Below, piece by piece: positions 8,567-18,236 of a stretch of DNA of 53,339 nt. Positions within the stretch are counted from its first letter, which is position 1. Each line of letters starts with the position of its first letter. The notes under the pieces are model-generated. The model had not been told where the DNA came from and did not search any database. It saw only the letters and a program-made list of their open reading frames with translations. The stretch is from Bacteroidales bacterium. Its GTDB lineage: Bacteria; Bacteroidota; Bacteroidia; Bacteroidales; WCHB1-69. Both the position numbers and the translations under genes were made by a program. The stretch lies in the NCBI GenBank assembly GCA_031287215.1, contig JAITTF010000150.1, positions 1 to 53,339 of the forward strand. The letters run 5' to 3'.

Positions 8567-10030
8567 ATGAAAAAGCTATTATTTGTCCTCTTTTTTGTAA
8601 CCCTTTTTCTGAATGGGTTTTCACAAAAACTAAGAGTTTCCTTGGATTTTAATGCTTACGCCACGTCAAATATTGAGCCCTATTTGGAAATTAGATATAT
8701 TATTGATGGACAGAGTGTTAAATATGTTCAAAATCAAAATAGTAAATATGAGGCAGAAGTAGAAATTTCTACAGACATATTAATCAACGACTCGTTGTTT
8801 AAGAGTATCCATTATATTCTCTCCAGTGCAGAATACACTGATACCTCGATGATAAACAAGACCGACTTTGCAGATGTTGTGAATGTGCAGTTGCCGGAAG
8901 GAACTTATTTTCTTGATTTTACAATCAAAGATCGCAATAGTGAGGATGTTGCCATTCACTATTTGGATATGGTTGAAGTATATTTTCCAACAGATTCAAT
9001 TTCTTCTTCTTCTTTGAGACTATTAAGTTCTCTTTCTTATGCAAAAGAAGATGATTTTTATGTAAAATATGGCTATTCAATGCCACCATTGAATAATCAA
9101 TATGTTCCTGAACACTTTGCCATTCTGCCTTATTATTTAGAGGTTTACAATACTGAAAGAGTGTTGGGAAAAGGCAATAAATTTATTATTGATAGTTATA
9201 TTGAAGATTTTTCTCCAAATCAGAAGATGCAAACTATTTTTTTTGTTCAACAGAGTTACAACGCAGCCCCTTTAACGGTTGCTACTCATATTTTCAACCT
9301 CTCTCTTCTACCCAGTGGCAACTATTTTTTGGTGACAGAGATAAAAGATACTACAGGGAATGTTTTTTTAATCAATAAATCATTTTTTCAAAGAAATAAT
9401 CCCGGCATTGACTTGAATATAGAACAATATGCTTCAGGAGAAGTTGCCGGTTCTTTTGTAGAGCAATTTACCGATTTAAAAACTTTACAAGATTATGTTT
9501 CTTCACTTTATCCTATTTCTAATGCTTTAGAACGTAGTTTTTATGACAAAAGAGTCAAAAATACACCATTGGATCAACTTCAAAGGTTCTTTCTCTCTTT
9601 TTGGTATAATAGAGATGCTAAAAACCCTGAACAAGCATGGTTAGTTTATAAAGCCGAGGTTGAGAAAGTACAACAGATGTATGGAAGTAAAATTCTAAAA
9701 GGATACAGAAGCGACAGAGGAAGGGTGTATCTGCAATATGGTCCTCCTAATGATATTCGAGAATCTCCTTTTTCATCAAAAATAACGCCTTATGAAATTT
9801 GGCATTATAACTTTCTAAACGGACAAAATCGAGTTAAATTTGTATTCCATAATCCGGATTTAACCACTAATAATTATATTTTAATTCACTCTACACTATT
9901 GGGAGAACCCTCAAATCCCGCTTGGCAAAGAGATATGCAACAAGATCGACAAGGGATAGATGATTGGTACGAAAGGAAACCGGCAGATTTTTATGGTAAT
10001 GATATGGATAAATATTGGGATAATTTCTAA
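8567..10030 (+). CDS. GWxTD-domain secreted protein
   Basis: Signal peptide. The C-terminal region carries a variant of the GWxTD-family signature (GYRSDRGRVYLQYGPP ... PYEIWHY). Confidence 0.65.
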   Translation: MKKLLFVLFFVTLFLNGFSQKLRVSLDFNAYATSNIEPYLEIRYIIDGQSVKYVQNQNSKYEAEVEISTDILINDSLFKSIHYILSSAEYTDTSMINKTDFADVVNVQLPEGTYFLDFTIKDRNSEDVAIHYLDMVEVYFPTDSISSSSLRLLSSLSYAKEDDFYVKYGYSMPPLNNQYVPEHFAILPYYLEVYNTERVLGKGNKFIIDSYIEDFSPNQKMQTIFFVQQSYNAAPLTVATHIFNLSLLPSGNYFLVTEIKDTTGNVFLINKSFFQRNNPGIDLNIEQYASGEVAGSFVEQFTDLKTLQDYVSSLYPISNALERSFYDKRVKNTPLDQLQRFFLSFWYNRDAKNPEQAWLVYKAEVEKVQQMYGSKILKGYRSDRGRVYLQYGPPNDIRESPFSSKITPYEIWHYNFLNGQNRVKFVFHNPDLTTNNYILIHSTLLGEPSNPAWQRDMQQDRQGIDDWYERKPADFYGNDMDKYWDNF

Positions 10031-10039
10031 TTTATCAAG

Positions 10040-10636
10040 ATGATCAGAGTTTTAGACCTTTTATTTTCTCTTCTTACACTTCTGATTTTATTTTTGTTTT
10101 TACTCATTATTGCTATTCTTATTGGTTGTGAATCTCGCGGAGGTGCACTCTATATTCAAAAAAGAGTAGGAAAAAATGGCATAGATTTTAATCTTTATAA
10201 ATTTCGTTCTATGCGTATAGGATCGGATCACAAAGGACTGCTCACAGTGGGAAAAAGAGATCCGCGAATTACTAATATAGGCGCATTTATTCGTAAATAC
10301 AAAATAGATGAACTACCACAACTGTTGAATGTCCTTTTGGGTGATATGAGTTTAGTAGGTCCTCGTCCGGAGGTGAGAAAATATGTTGATTTATATACTC
10401 CTGAACAACAAAAAGTACTCAGTATTAGACCCGGTATTACAGATTATGCCTCAATTGAATATATTAATGAAAATCAAATATTGGCTGAAGCAGAAGACCC
10501 CGAAAAAAAATATATTGAGGAGATTATGCCCGTTAAAATTCAGATTAATACGAAATATATTGACAATTACACTGTAAAAGAATATTTTAACATCATTTTT
10601 AAAACTGTTGAAAAAATTATGCTACCAAAACATTAA
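10040..10636 (+). CDS. small monotopic sugar (phosphoglycosyl) transferase, PglC-like
   Basis: One N-terminal hydrophobic helix, then the bacterial sugar-transferase core (YKFRSM ... [22 protein letters not shown]). 198 aa. Confidence 0.85.
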   Translation: MIRVLDLLFSLLTLLILFLFLLIIAILIGCESRGGALYIQKRVGKNGIDFNLYKFRSMRIGSDHKGLLTVGKRDPRITNIGAFIRKYKIDELPQLLNVLLGDMSLVGPRPEVRKYVDLYTPEQQKVLSIRPGITDYASIEYINENQILAEAEDPEKKYIEEIMPVKIQINTKYIDNYTVKEYFNIIFKTVEKIMLPKH

Positions 10637-10655
10637 TGAAATACTTTTTTTCCTG

Positions 10656-11990
10656 TCAGGTTTTTATTATTTTATAACATTTGAAATTTTTTTTTTGCGT
10701 CAATCGAAAGCGATTGTCGGCACGGTAACCCACTATCCACACTATTTTTTCACCACTACAAAGTAACATAATGCGATTTTTAGAAAAATTGTCAATTTTC
10801 ATATCCGTAAAAAAATCACTTAATTTTTTTTTCCCTTTCATACCAAAAGGCTCAAAATAGTCGCCTTTGTGCCAATGTCTTAATAGTAAAGGAAATGTAA
10901 GTTTTTCATAATCAACATAAATAGTGTTGCTTGATTTGTCTATGTCATCTAATGAAAAATCTGTTAGCAATTCAATGTTTATGCCATGAGCAGCTGCAGC
11001 TGCAATGTTTGGAAGAATAATTTCTTCTTCTTCAGCCTGTAAATTTTCCCTAATTAATAGTTTATCTCTATCTAAAACAAGAATGTGAGTTGGAGAGATA
11101 AATTTTTTTCCTGAATTTTTTTCTAAAGAGTGAAAGACATCATCAATAGTTTCTTTGTGAAAACCAAATTCATTAAGAATTTCAAAAAGAAGGAGTTGAG
11201 CATGGTTGGATGCTATCAATTGGGGAATTGCAATAGTGATATTATACTCGTCCTTAGTAACAATATGTTGTTTACATTGTTGGATGTAATATTGATAAAA
11301 AGCATATTGTTGATTGAAGACATCAATATTATGGTTCATAGTTTGTACAAACTCAGGATTTATTTCATCAAATGTAGGAATAGAATTTAATCTAATTTTA
11401 TTTCTTTGAAATTTGTCAGAAAGATTTGAAGAGTCTATACAGTATTGAATATGATGTTCTTGAACAAAACTATCAATTTCAGAACCGGTAAAAGGGAGCA
11501 AAGGACGAATGATTTTTCCAAAAATTGGTTTAATTCCGGTCAATCCTTTTAGTCCTGTTCCTCTACACAAACGAAGTAGCAATGTTTCTACATTATCATT
11601 GGCATGATGCGCAGTAGCCAAAAAATCAGCATCTTTTAGTAACTCATTAAACCATTTATAACGCAACTCTCTTGCTGCCATTTCGATAGATTGTCCTTTA
11701 TAAATTTCAAAATCAGCTTTCAGAAACTCTTTGACATAAAAATCTACCGAGTAAATAATACTCATCTGCTTTACAAAATTCATTTCATAATCTGATTCTC
11801 CTTCACGAAGATGAAAATTACAATGAACAATAGCAAAATTTAATCCTAATTGGTGAAAAAGAAATGCCAAAACCGAAGAATCTCTTCCTCCACTTACCGC
11901 TAATAAAAAATGGGCACCTTGATAATCAGGAACTAACAACTTTAAATGACTTAAAAACTTTTCTTTCATTTCAGAGGCAAAGTTAATCAT
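10656..11990 (-). CDS. tilS: tRNA(Ile)-lysidine synthase
   Basis: PP-loop SGGRDSSVL near the N-terminus. 444 aa with the extended TilS C-terminal region. Confidence 0.9.
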   Translation of the reverse strand: MINFASEMKEKFLSHLKLLVPDYQGAHFLLAVSGGRDSSVLAFLFHQLGLNFAIVHCNFHLREGESDYEMNFVKQMSIIYSVDFYVKEFLKADFEIYKGQSIEMAARELRYKWFNELLKDADFLATAHHANDNVETLLLRLCRGTGLKGLTGIKPIFGKIIRPLLPFTGSEIDSFVQEHHIQYCIDSSNLSDKFQRNKIRLNSIPTFDEINPEFVQTMNHNIDVFNQQYAFYQYYIQQCKQHIVTKDEYNITIAIPQLIASNHAQLLLFEILNEFGFHKETIDDVFHSLEKNSGKKFISPTHILVLDRDKLLIRENLQAEEEEIILPNIAAAAAHGINIELLTDFSLDDIDKSSNTIYVDYEKLTFPLLLRHWHKGDYFEPFGMKGKKKLSDFFTDMKIDNFSKNRIMLLCSGEKIVWIVGYRADNRFRLTQKKNFKCYKIIKT

Positions 11991-12035
11991 TTATTCTGAT
12001 TTTGAAATAAATGTGCAAAAAAAAGATATAACCCT

Positions 12036-12971
12036 CTATAAATTTACTACATACTCTTTCAATTTTGGGTCTTGCATAGATTTGGGAACTGACTCTTTTA
12101 CAAGGGTCTTGATGATGTCTAACATGGTACGACGCACATAATCTTTTCTCACTATTAAGCTAACCTCTCTTACGGCAGTTATATCTTTAAATGGTCGTAG
12201 ATGTTCTTGTTGGTCTTCGGTCAACCCCATGGCGTGCATTTCAGGGATAATGGTAATTCCTGGATTATAATCTACTACGTGAATGAGCGTTTCGATACTA
12301 CCTGATTCATAACGCACTGCAATATTGCTATCCACACGTTTCATCTTGCACAATCTCTCAATTTGCCCTCTTAGACAATGTTCATTTTCCAATAACCAAA
12401 CATTATGAATGTCAATGAGAGACAAATCAATCTCTTTTTCCTGATGAAGTTTGTCTAAAGGAGAGACGTAAGCGTAAAACTTTTCGTAATAGAGCGGTAT
12501 TTCTTCAATATCAGGGTGATTGAGTGGACCGGCGAGAATTCCCCCATCAACGACTCCTTTCATGATGTCGCTAATCAATTCTGTAGTAGTTCTTTCTCTT
12601 AATATTAGCTCTGTTTCACTATATTGGTTTTGCTGTCTGGCGAGTATTTCTGGGACTAAATAGGAGGCAATAGTTGGAATAATACCCAGAATAAAACTCC
12701 CTTTGACAATCTGTTTTTCATTATCCACAATTTCGGTAATCTGTTTGAGTTGCAATAGAGAAACCCTTGCTTGTTCAATGATTTTTTTGCCTATTTCAGT
12801 AGGTTCGATTGGGTGTTTTGATCGATCAAAAATTTTCACCCCCAGCTCATCTTCCATTTTCTGGATCATCATGCTCAAGGTAGGCTGTGTAACGCAGCAA
12901 ACTTCCGCCGCTTTAGCAAAGTGACGGAAGTTGTCCACAGCAATTAAATATTCTAATTGTTGAATATTCAT
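12036..12971 (-). CDS. oxyR: LysR-family peroxide sensor OxyR
   Basis: LysR HTH N-terminus. The redox Cys pair has E. coli OxyR spacing (HCLRGQIERLC, Cys-X8-Cys). The start overlaps the ahpC stop (TAATG at 12969..12973). Confidence 0.88.
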   Translation of the reverse strand: MNIQQLEYLIAVDNFRHFAKAAEVCCVTQPTLSMMIQKMEDELGVKIFDRSKHPIEPTEIGKKIIEQARVSLLQLKQITEIVDNEKQIVKGSFILGIIPTIASYLVPEILARQQNQYSETELILRERTTTELISDIMKGVVDGGILAGPLNHPDIEEIPLYYEKFYAYVSPLDKLHQEKEIDLSLIDIHNVWLLENEHCLRGQIERLCKMKRVDSNIAVRYESGSIETLIHVVDYNPGITIIPEMHAMGLTEDQQEHLRPFKDITAVREVSLIVRKDYVRRTMLDIIKTLVKESVPKSMQDPKLKEYVVNL

Positions 12972-13537
12972 TAAATTTTTCCAACTAAATCAATACTTGG
13001 AGTGAGGGTAACATTGCCTTTTTTCCATTTTGCAGGGCAAACTTCGTTAGGATGAGCAGCTACAAATTGAGCAGCTTCTACGTTACGGAGCAATTCATCT
13101 GCATTTCTTCCAATACCATTGTCGTGAATTTCAGCGATTTTGATTTCTCCTTCAGGATTTACTACGAATGTACCACGATAATTCAGTCCGGCTTCTTCGA
13201 TCCAAGTACCAAATGCTTTTCCTAAAACACCTGTAGGGTCTGCCAACATAGGGTATTTGATTTTTTTAATGCTTTCTGAAGCATCATGCCATGCTTTGTG
13301 TACAAAGTGAGTATCAGCACTAACTGAATAAATTTCTACTCCAAGTTCTTGAAATTTAGCATAATTATTAGCTAAATCTTCTAATTCGGTTGGACATACA
13401 AATGTGAAATCTGCCGGATAAAAGAAAAAAACTGACCATTTTCCTTCAGTGTCTTTCTTAGTAATGGTTTTGAAATTGCCATTGTGATAAGCTTCTAATT
13501 TAAAATCAGCTAATTTTGAATTGATAATAGGTTCCAT
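12971..13537 (-). CDS. ahpC: peroxiredoxin AhpC (typical 2-Cys)
   Basis: Peroxidatic FTFVCPTE and resolving EVCPAKW motifs. 188 aa. Confidence 0.95.
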   Translation of the reverse strand: MEPIINSKLADFKLEAYHNGNFKTITKKDTEGKWSVFFFYPADFTFVCPTELEDLANNYAKFQELGVEIYSVSADTHFVHKAWHDASESIKKIKYPMLADPTGVLGKAFGTWIEEAGLNYRGTFVVNPEGEIKIAEIHDNGIGRNADELLRNVEAAQFVAAHPNEVCPAKWKKGNVTLTPSIDLVGKI

Positions 13538-13582
13538 AATGATTGTTTTTATTAATTGATAATCTATTTCATTTTATGAGTG

Positions 13583-13590
13583 CAAAAGTA
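13583..13590 (-). promoter_or_regulatory. Bacteroidota-type -7 promoter box (TAnnTTTG) for ahpC-oxyR
   Basis: Minus-strand TACTTTTG, 46 nt upstream of the ahpC ATG (13537). Confidence 0.55.
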
Positions 13591-13659
13591 CTACTTTTTT
13601 TTAATAAATTTCATTTATAATTTTTATATCAAAAATAGACACTGTTTATATAGTTGGGT

Positions 13660-14013
13660 CTATCCTTGAATTTTGACTGCTACCCAATCGGCTTTACCTC
13701 CTATAGCAGGATTTAATTTATAGACCGTTACTTCTGTTTTCTGTAGTTCAGGAAAATTTTGTTGTAATGATTGAATGATTTTGTAAGAAAGGTGTTCAAT
13801 AATATTTGCCGGTTTTTTCATTATTTTTTCTACTAACTGATGAACAGTCTGATAGTTAATGGTTTTAGAAAGATCATCGTTTTGAGCCGCTTCTTGACAA
13901 TCGTATTCCAGAGAAACGTCCACTTTAAAGCGTGTGCCGATAATTTTTTCTTCTTTAAAACAACCATGAAAAGCATAAAATTCCATGCCGTTAATTAATA
14001 GTTGAGAGGTCAT
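13660..14013 (-). CDS. folB: dihydroneopterin aldolase
   Basis: 117-aa ORF with FolB hallmarks (MEFYAFHGCFKEEKIIG ... DDLSKTINYQTV ... VTVYKLNP). Confidence 0.82.
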   Translation of the reverse strand: MTSQLLINGMEFYAFHGCFKEEKIIGTRFKVDVSLEYDCQEAAQNDDLSKTINYQTVHQLVEKIMKKPANIIEHLSYKIIQSLQQNFPELQKTEVTVYKLNPAIGGKADWVAVKIQG

Positions 14014-14034
14014 ATTTATTTGGGGTAAAAAAGA

Positions 14035-15003
14035 CTATTTATAAAAAGGATGAGGAGTAAGTACTAATTTAGCCAAAGGGTGATAATCTCCTTTAAGACC
14101 TACGGCATTAGCATTGCGAATTTGTTGCACGATTTCGATACAATTGCGGGCATCATCCAATCCAAAACCATGACCTTCAAGGATATGTCTATAACATTCG
14201 GTATGTAAATCTTCAAATCCGGCACTAAATTCAAACTCTTCTCCTTCAATGACTAAGGATCTGTAGGTAATTTTACCTGCATCAACAGCATGTTGAGGAA
14301 GATGTTCGGCATTGATACTCAGAAAGTATCGAACACGTGCTTTGTCAAATAGAAGAAATCCGGCTACTCTATCGTGGCTTTTGACATGGACAATATTTTC
14401 CTTAATATTACCAAAAATATAAGAGAGCATATCATAAAAATGTACTCCAATATTGGTAGCAATTCCACCGCTTTTACGGTCATCTCCCTTCCAACCGGCA
14501 TAATACCAATTACCGCGTGAAGTAATGTATGTTAAATCAATTTCATATATTTTATGAGGGTCTCCCTCTTCTATTTTCTTTTTCAGGGCGATAATAGACT
14601 TATGAAGTCGAAGTTGGAGAATTGTATTTACTTTTCCTCCATATTCATGTTCAATTTCTTTTAAAGCGTCAATATTCCAACTGTTTAGCACTAAAGGTTT
14701 TTCGCAAATGATGTCAGCACCAAGACGCAACCCGTATCTGATGTGTGCATCATGAAGATAATTAGGTGTGCAAATAGACAGATAATCAATTCGTTGAGGT
14801 GTTTTTTTTATTTTGGAGCAATGGCGGTCAAAGAGTTCCATTTCTGTAAAAAAAGCGGTTTTAGGAAAAAAAGAATCTATAATCCCTACGCTATCTGAAG
14901 AGTCGTAAGCAGCAGTTAATTCATTTCCGGTAGCTTTGATTGCTTTTAGATGTCTTGGTGCAATATAACCGGCTAAACCGATTAATGCAAATTTTTTACT
15001 CAT
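14035..15003 (-). CDS. Gfo/Idh/MocA-family oxidoreductase (WbpB-like UDP-sugar dehydrogenase)
   Basis: N-terminal Rossmann GLAGYIAPRHLKAI and an EKP motif (ICEKPL). 322 aa. ATGA start/stop overlap with the upstream nucleotide-sugar dehydrogenase gene. Confidence 0.85.
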   Translation of the reverse strand: MSKKFALIGLAGYIAPRHLKAIKATGNELTAAYDSSDSVGIIDSFFPKTAFFTEMELFDRHCSKIKKTPQRIDYLSICTPNYLHDAHIRYGLRLGADIICEKPLVLNSWNIDALKEIEHEYGGKVNTILQLRLHKSIIALKKKIEEGDPHKIYEIDLTYITSRGNWYYAGWKGDDRKSGGIATNIGVHFYDMLSYIFGNIKENIVHVKSHDRVAGFLLFDKARVRYFLSINAEHLPQHAVDAGKITYRSLVIEGEEFEFSAGFEDLHTECYRHILEGHGFGLDDARNCIEIVQQIRNANAVGLKGDYHPLAKLVLTPHPFYK

Positions 15004-16280
15004 AATCTTCCTTCTATCAATGTTTTATCTAAAAATTCTTTTACGTCATACACGATCCCCGTTTTGTTGAGCAGACTCCGAATATTGATATTAGCAAATT
15101 CATGGTGAGCAACAGCAAGAATTACGGCATCATATTCATTTTGTTTGAGCGTATCAAGATGGTTAACAATAGTTATTTTATATTCTTCTGCAATCGCAGT
15201 TTGAGAAGCAAGAGGATCGCAAACCGTAATATTTGCGGTGTATTCGTTTAAAGTGGAGTAGATGTCAATTACTTTAGTATTTCTAATATCGGGACAATTT
15301 TCTTTAAAAGTAACTCCCAAAATCAAGATTTTAGCATCTTTTACCGTGATCCCCTTCTTGTTCATGATTTTAATCACTTGATTTGCAACATATTCTCCCA
15401 TTCCATTATTCAAACTTCGTGCCTCAGACATTAATCTGGGCATGATGCCATAAACCTTAGCTTTTTGGATGAGATAATAGGGATCCACGCCAATGCAGTG
15501 TCCGCCTACTAATCCGGGTTTCATTTTAATAAAATTCCATTTAGTAGCAGCCGCTTCAAGCACCTCTGAAGTGTCTATATTCATGGCATTAAATATCTTC
15601 GCTAATTCATTAACAAAAGCAATATTAATATCGCGTTGTGTATTTTCTATAATTTTGGAGGCTTCAGCTACTCTTATTGAAGAAGCTTTAAAGGTGCCGT
15701 TGAGGAGCACCGAATTGTATAGCTGATCCACAAAATTGGCAATCTCAGGAGTTGAACCGGAAGTTACTTTCGTAATTTTTTCAACGGTATGCTCTTTATC
15801 CCCCGGATTATTTCTTTCAGGAGAGTAACCTACGAAATAATCTCTATTGAAAGTTAAGCCCGAAGTAGTCGATAGTACGGGCACACACTCTTCTTCTGTT
15901 ACACCTGGATAAACAGTTGATTCATAGATAACAATATCGTTTTTAGAGAGTACTTTTCCTACCGTTGCAGACGCATTTAACAAAGGAGTTAAATCGGGAC
16001 GATTGTTTTGATCTACAGGAGTAGGAACAGCTATGATATAGACATTGCAATTAGCAATTTCTTCTAATTGATTGGTGCAAACAAAACCATTTTTAATTGC
16101 CTTAGTAAGAAGATTTTGTGCTACTTCTCCGGTAGTATCCTGTTGTGCCATCAACTGTGCCACTCTTTTCTGATTTTTGTCAAAACCTATCGTAGTATAT
16201 TGAGTAGAAAAAAGTCGCGCTAAAGGCAATCCTACGTAACCCAGACCGATAACGGCAATTTTGATATGTTTATTTTCCAC
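15000..16280 (-). CDS. nucleotide-sugar 6-dehydrogenase (WbpA/WecC/Cap5O branch)
   Basis: Rossmann GLGYVGLP, catalytic GGHCIGVDP. 426 aa. The only usable start before the Rossmann motif is GTG at 16280. Confidence 0.9.
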   Translation of the reverse strand: MENKHIKIAVIGLGYVGLPLARLFSTQYTTIGFDKNQKRVAQLMAQQDTTGEVAQNLLTKAIKNGFVCTNQLEEIANCNVYIIAVPTPVDQNNRPDLTPLLNASATVGKVLSKNDIVIYESTVYPGVTEEECVPVLSTTSGLTFNRDYFVGYSPERNNPGDKEHTVEKITKVTSGSTPEIANFVDQLYNSVLLNGTFKASSIRVAEASKIIENTQRDINIAFVNELAKIFNAMNIDTSEVLEAAATKWNFIKMKPGLVGGHCIGVDPYYLIQKAKVYGIMPRLMSEARSLNNGMGEYVANQVIKIMNKKGITVKDAKILILGVTFKENCPDIRNTKVIDIYSTLNEYTANITVCDPLASQTAIAEEYKITIVNHLDTLKQNEYDAVILAVAHHEFANINIRSLLNKTGIVYDVKEFLDKTLIEGRL

Positions 16281-16308
16281 CTATTAGTATTTTTTGGATG
16301 TTATTGTG

Positions 16309-17199
16309 TTATAATTTAGGATAATGAATGAAGGTAAAATCGTATATTTTTTCCCATTCAGTTAAATTTTTCAACGAAAAAATTTCTTTAAGATGTTTAT
16401 AATCAGCGCTATTTTCGTCTTTAGCGCATTTTACTGAAACCGGTGTAAAAGGTGATTTTACTTGGTACAAATAAGGTAGTGCTTGGTGATCAGAGACACA
16501 AAACAGATCGTTTTTAAAGAGTAAAACGGGAATTGGAGGCAGCACGTTAAGATCTAATGCAGCTAAGTCTATGACCCTTCCTTTATAGCAGTCAACTACT
16601 TCTTTAGTAGGGAATAGTCTATAAGGAGACCACCAAATTTGATGAATCGTTTTGTGCCGTTTAAAAAGTTCGTATTGAGTTAAAATTAAGTCAATGACCT
16701 CATTTACAGATCCGGTTGAAGCATCTACCACTAAATCAAAAGAGGAGAAAATGTCGGGTTTGATGTTGTAAGTTTTTTCAAAACGTTGATTTTCAATCAC
16801 TCTTCTTTCTTTCAAGGCAATCACCATCTCTTCAAGGCTTTTGACCGAAGACTCTCCGATTCTTATTTTATCTTGAAGTACTCTTTGAGCCGCAACTTCG
16901 TCAGCGGCGGTAAGATATACTTTAAAAGATTTTTCCACAAAATGAAAAGCCAACCGCGAGTCTAAGACATAAAACTCCTCTTGATGGTTGATGTTTTTCA
17001 GTTGCTGGTCAATAAAGTCATCAATATTGCTGTGTTCGTTGGTATATTTATTAAATTCTAAGGTATTCATACCCATCTCTTCCGCCAATTGTCTTTGAAT
17101 TGTTCCGGTAGATAAGTAGTTGTGATTTAAAATATTACAAAGTTCTTTTGCAACGGTACTCTTACCACTACCCAAGTCTCCTGTGATAGAAATGTGCAT
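16309..17199 (-). CDS. P-loop (cytidylate-kinase-like) kinase fused to an unassigned ~115-aa C-terminal domain
   Basis: The N-terminal 180 aa start MHISITGDLGSGKSTVAKEL (Walker A) with a CMP-kinase-like layout. The C-terminal part (HQIWWSPYRLFPTKEV ... IPVLLFKNDLFCVSDHQALPYLY ...) has no motif I can name. Confidence 0.7.
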   Translation of the reverse strand: MHISITGDLGSGKSTVAKELCNILNHNYLSTGTIQRQLAEEMGMNTLEFNKYTNEHSNIDDFIDQQLKNINHQEEFYVLDSRLAFHFVEKSFKVYLTAADEVAAQRVLQDKIRIGESSVKSLEEMVIALKERRVIENQRFEKTYNIKPDIFSSFDLVVDASTGSVNEVIDLILTQYELFKRHKTIHQIWWSPYRLFPTKEVVDCYKGRVIDLAALDLNVLPPIPVLLFKNDLFCVSDHQALPYLYQVKSPFTPVSVKCAKDENSADYKHLKEIFSLKNLTEWEKIYDFTFIHYPKL

Positions 17200-17215
17200 A
17201 AGTTTTTTTTGTTTG

Positions 17216-17223
17216 CAAAGTTA
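17216..17223 (-). promoter_or_regulatory. Bacteroidota-type -7 promoter box (TAnnTTTG) for the kinase-fusion/UDP-sugar operon
   Basis: Minus-strand TAACTTTG, 17 nt upstream of ATG 17199. Confidence 0.5.
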
Positions 17224-17272
17224 GAAAAAAAAACAATATAACAAAAGATATAAATTCAGAGAAAAAAAACGA

Positions 17273-18187
17273 TTAACTTAGCTCCAACATCTTTAAGATG
17301 GGTTTTTTTGCTTTTTCCATAGTGTTGTTATCCAGTAATATTTCCGGTTGTTCGGATTCCAGTGCAGATAAAATTTTTGTCAAAGTATTTTGTTTCATAA
17401 ATTCACAATCATTACAATTACAAGAATCAAAGGCATTTACAACATAGAATTGTTTGGAAGGATTTTTCTTTTTCATTTCGTAAAGGATCCCTGTTTCAGT
17501 AGCAATAATATAAGCATGGTCAGGATCAGTGGAGGTAAAATTAAGCATTGCAGCAGTTGAACCGACAAAATCGGCTAAAGCTAAAACCGTTCCTTTACAC
17601 TCAGGATGAGCTAAAACCTTAGCTTCAGGGTGTTGTTTTTTGAGAGTAAATATTTGTTCTGCAGTTAGTTGATCGTGAACATGGCAAGCACCATTCCAGA
17701 GAATCATTTTTCGGTGGGTAGTTTCATTGATATAAGCACCTAAATTTCGGTCAGGAGCAAAAACGATAGGTTCGTTTTGAGGTAATGAGTTGACAATTTT
17801 TAAGGCATTTCCAGAAGTAACGATGATGTCGGAGAGCATTTTGATAGAGGCTGAACAATTGATATAACTTAAAACAGTATGATTAGGGTGATTTTTTAAA
17901 AAATTAGCAAATTCATCAGGAGGACAACTATCTGCTAAAGAACAACCGGCATCAAGGCTTGGAAGAAGCACTTTTTTGGTAGGATTTAATATTTTAGCAG
18001 TTTCTGCCATAAAGTGAACTCCAGCAAAAAGGATAATATCAGCTTGTGTTTTTGCAGCTTGTTGTGACAAAGCTAAACTATCACCCACAAAATCTGCAAT
18101 ATCTTGTACTTCTGGAATTGTATAATAATGAGCCAAAATTACAGCATTCTTTTGTTTTTTTAAGCATAAAATTTTATCTTTTAGCAT
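17273..18187 (-). CDS. nadA: quinolinate synthase
   Basis: 304 aa. N-terminus NAVILAHYYTIPEVQDIADFVGDSL and conserved Cys-containing segments (DAGCSLADSC, YINCSA, NGACHVH). Confidence 0.93.
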   Translation of the reverse strand: MLKDKILCLKKQKNAVILAHYYTIPEVQDIADFVGDSLALSQQAAKTQADIILFAGVHFMAETAKILNPTKKVLLPSLDAGCSLADSCPPDEFANFLKNHPNHTVLSYINCSASIKMLSDIIVTSGNALKIVNSLPQNEPIVFAPDRNLGAYINETTHRKMILWNGACHVHDQLTAEQIFTLKKQHPEAKVLAHPECKGTVLALADFVGSTAAMLNFTSTDPDHAYIIATETGILYEMKKKNPSKQFYVVNAFDSCNCNDCEFMKQNTLTKILSALESEQPEILLDNNTMEKAKKPILKMLELS

Positions 18188-18236
18188 AGCATTTTGTAGG
18201 AGTGTTTAAAATCAAGTTGTTGTATGCAAAAAAAAA

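Noticed and set aside
13591-13659. Candidate OxyR operator upstream of ahpC (ATAG-N7-TTAT-like spacing near 13635..13653).
   Set aside because: Only partial half-sites are present in very AT-rich DNA, and I cannot distinguish them from background without a matrix scan.
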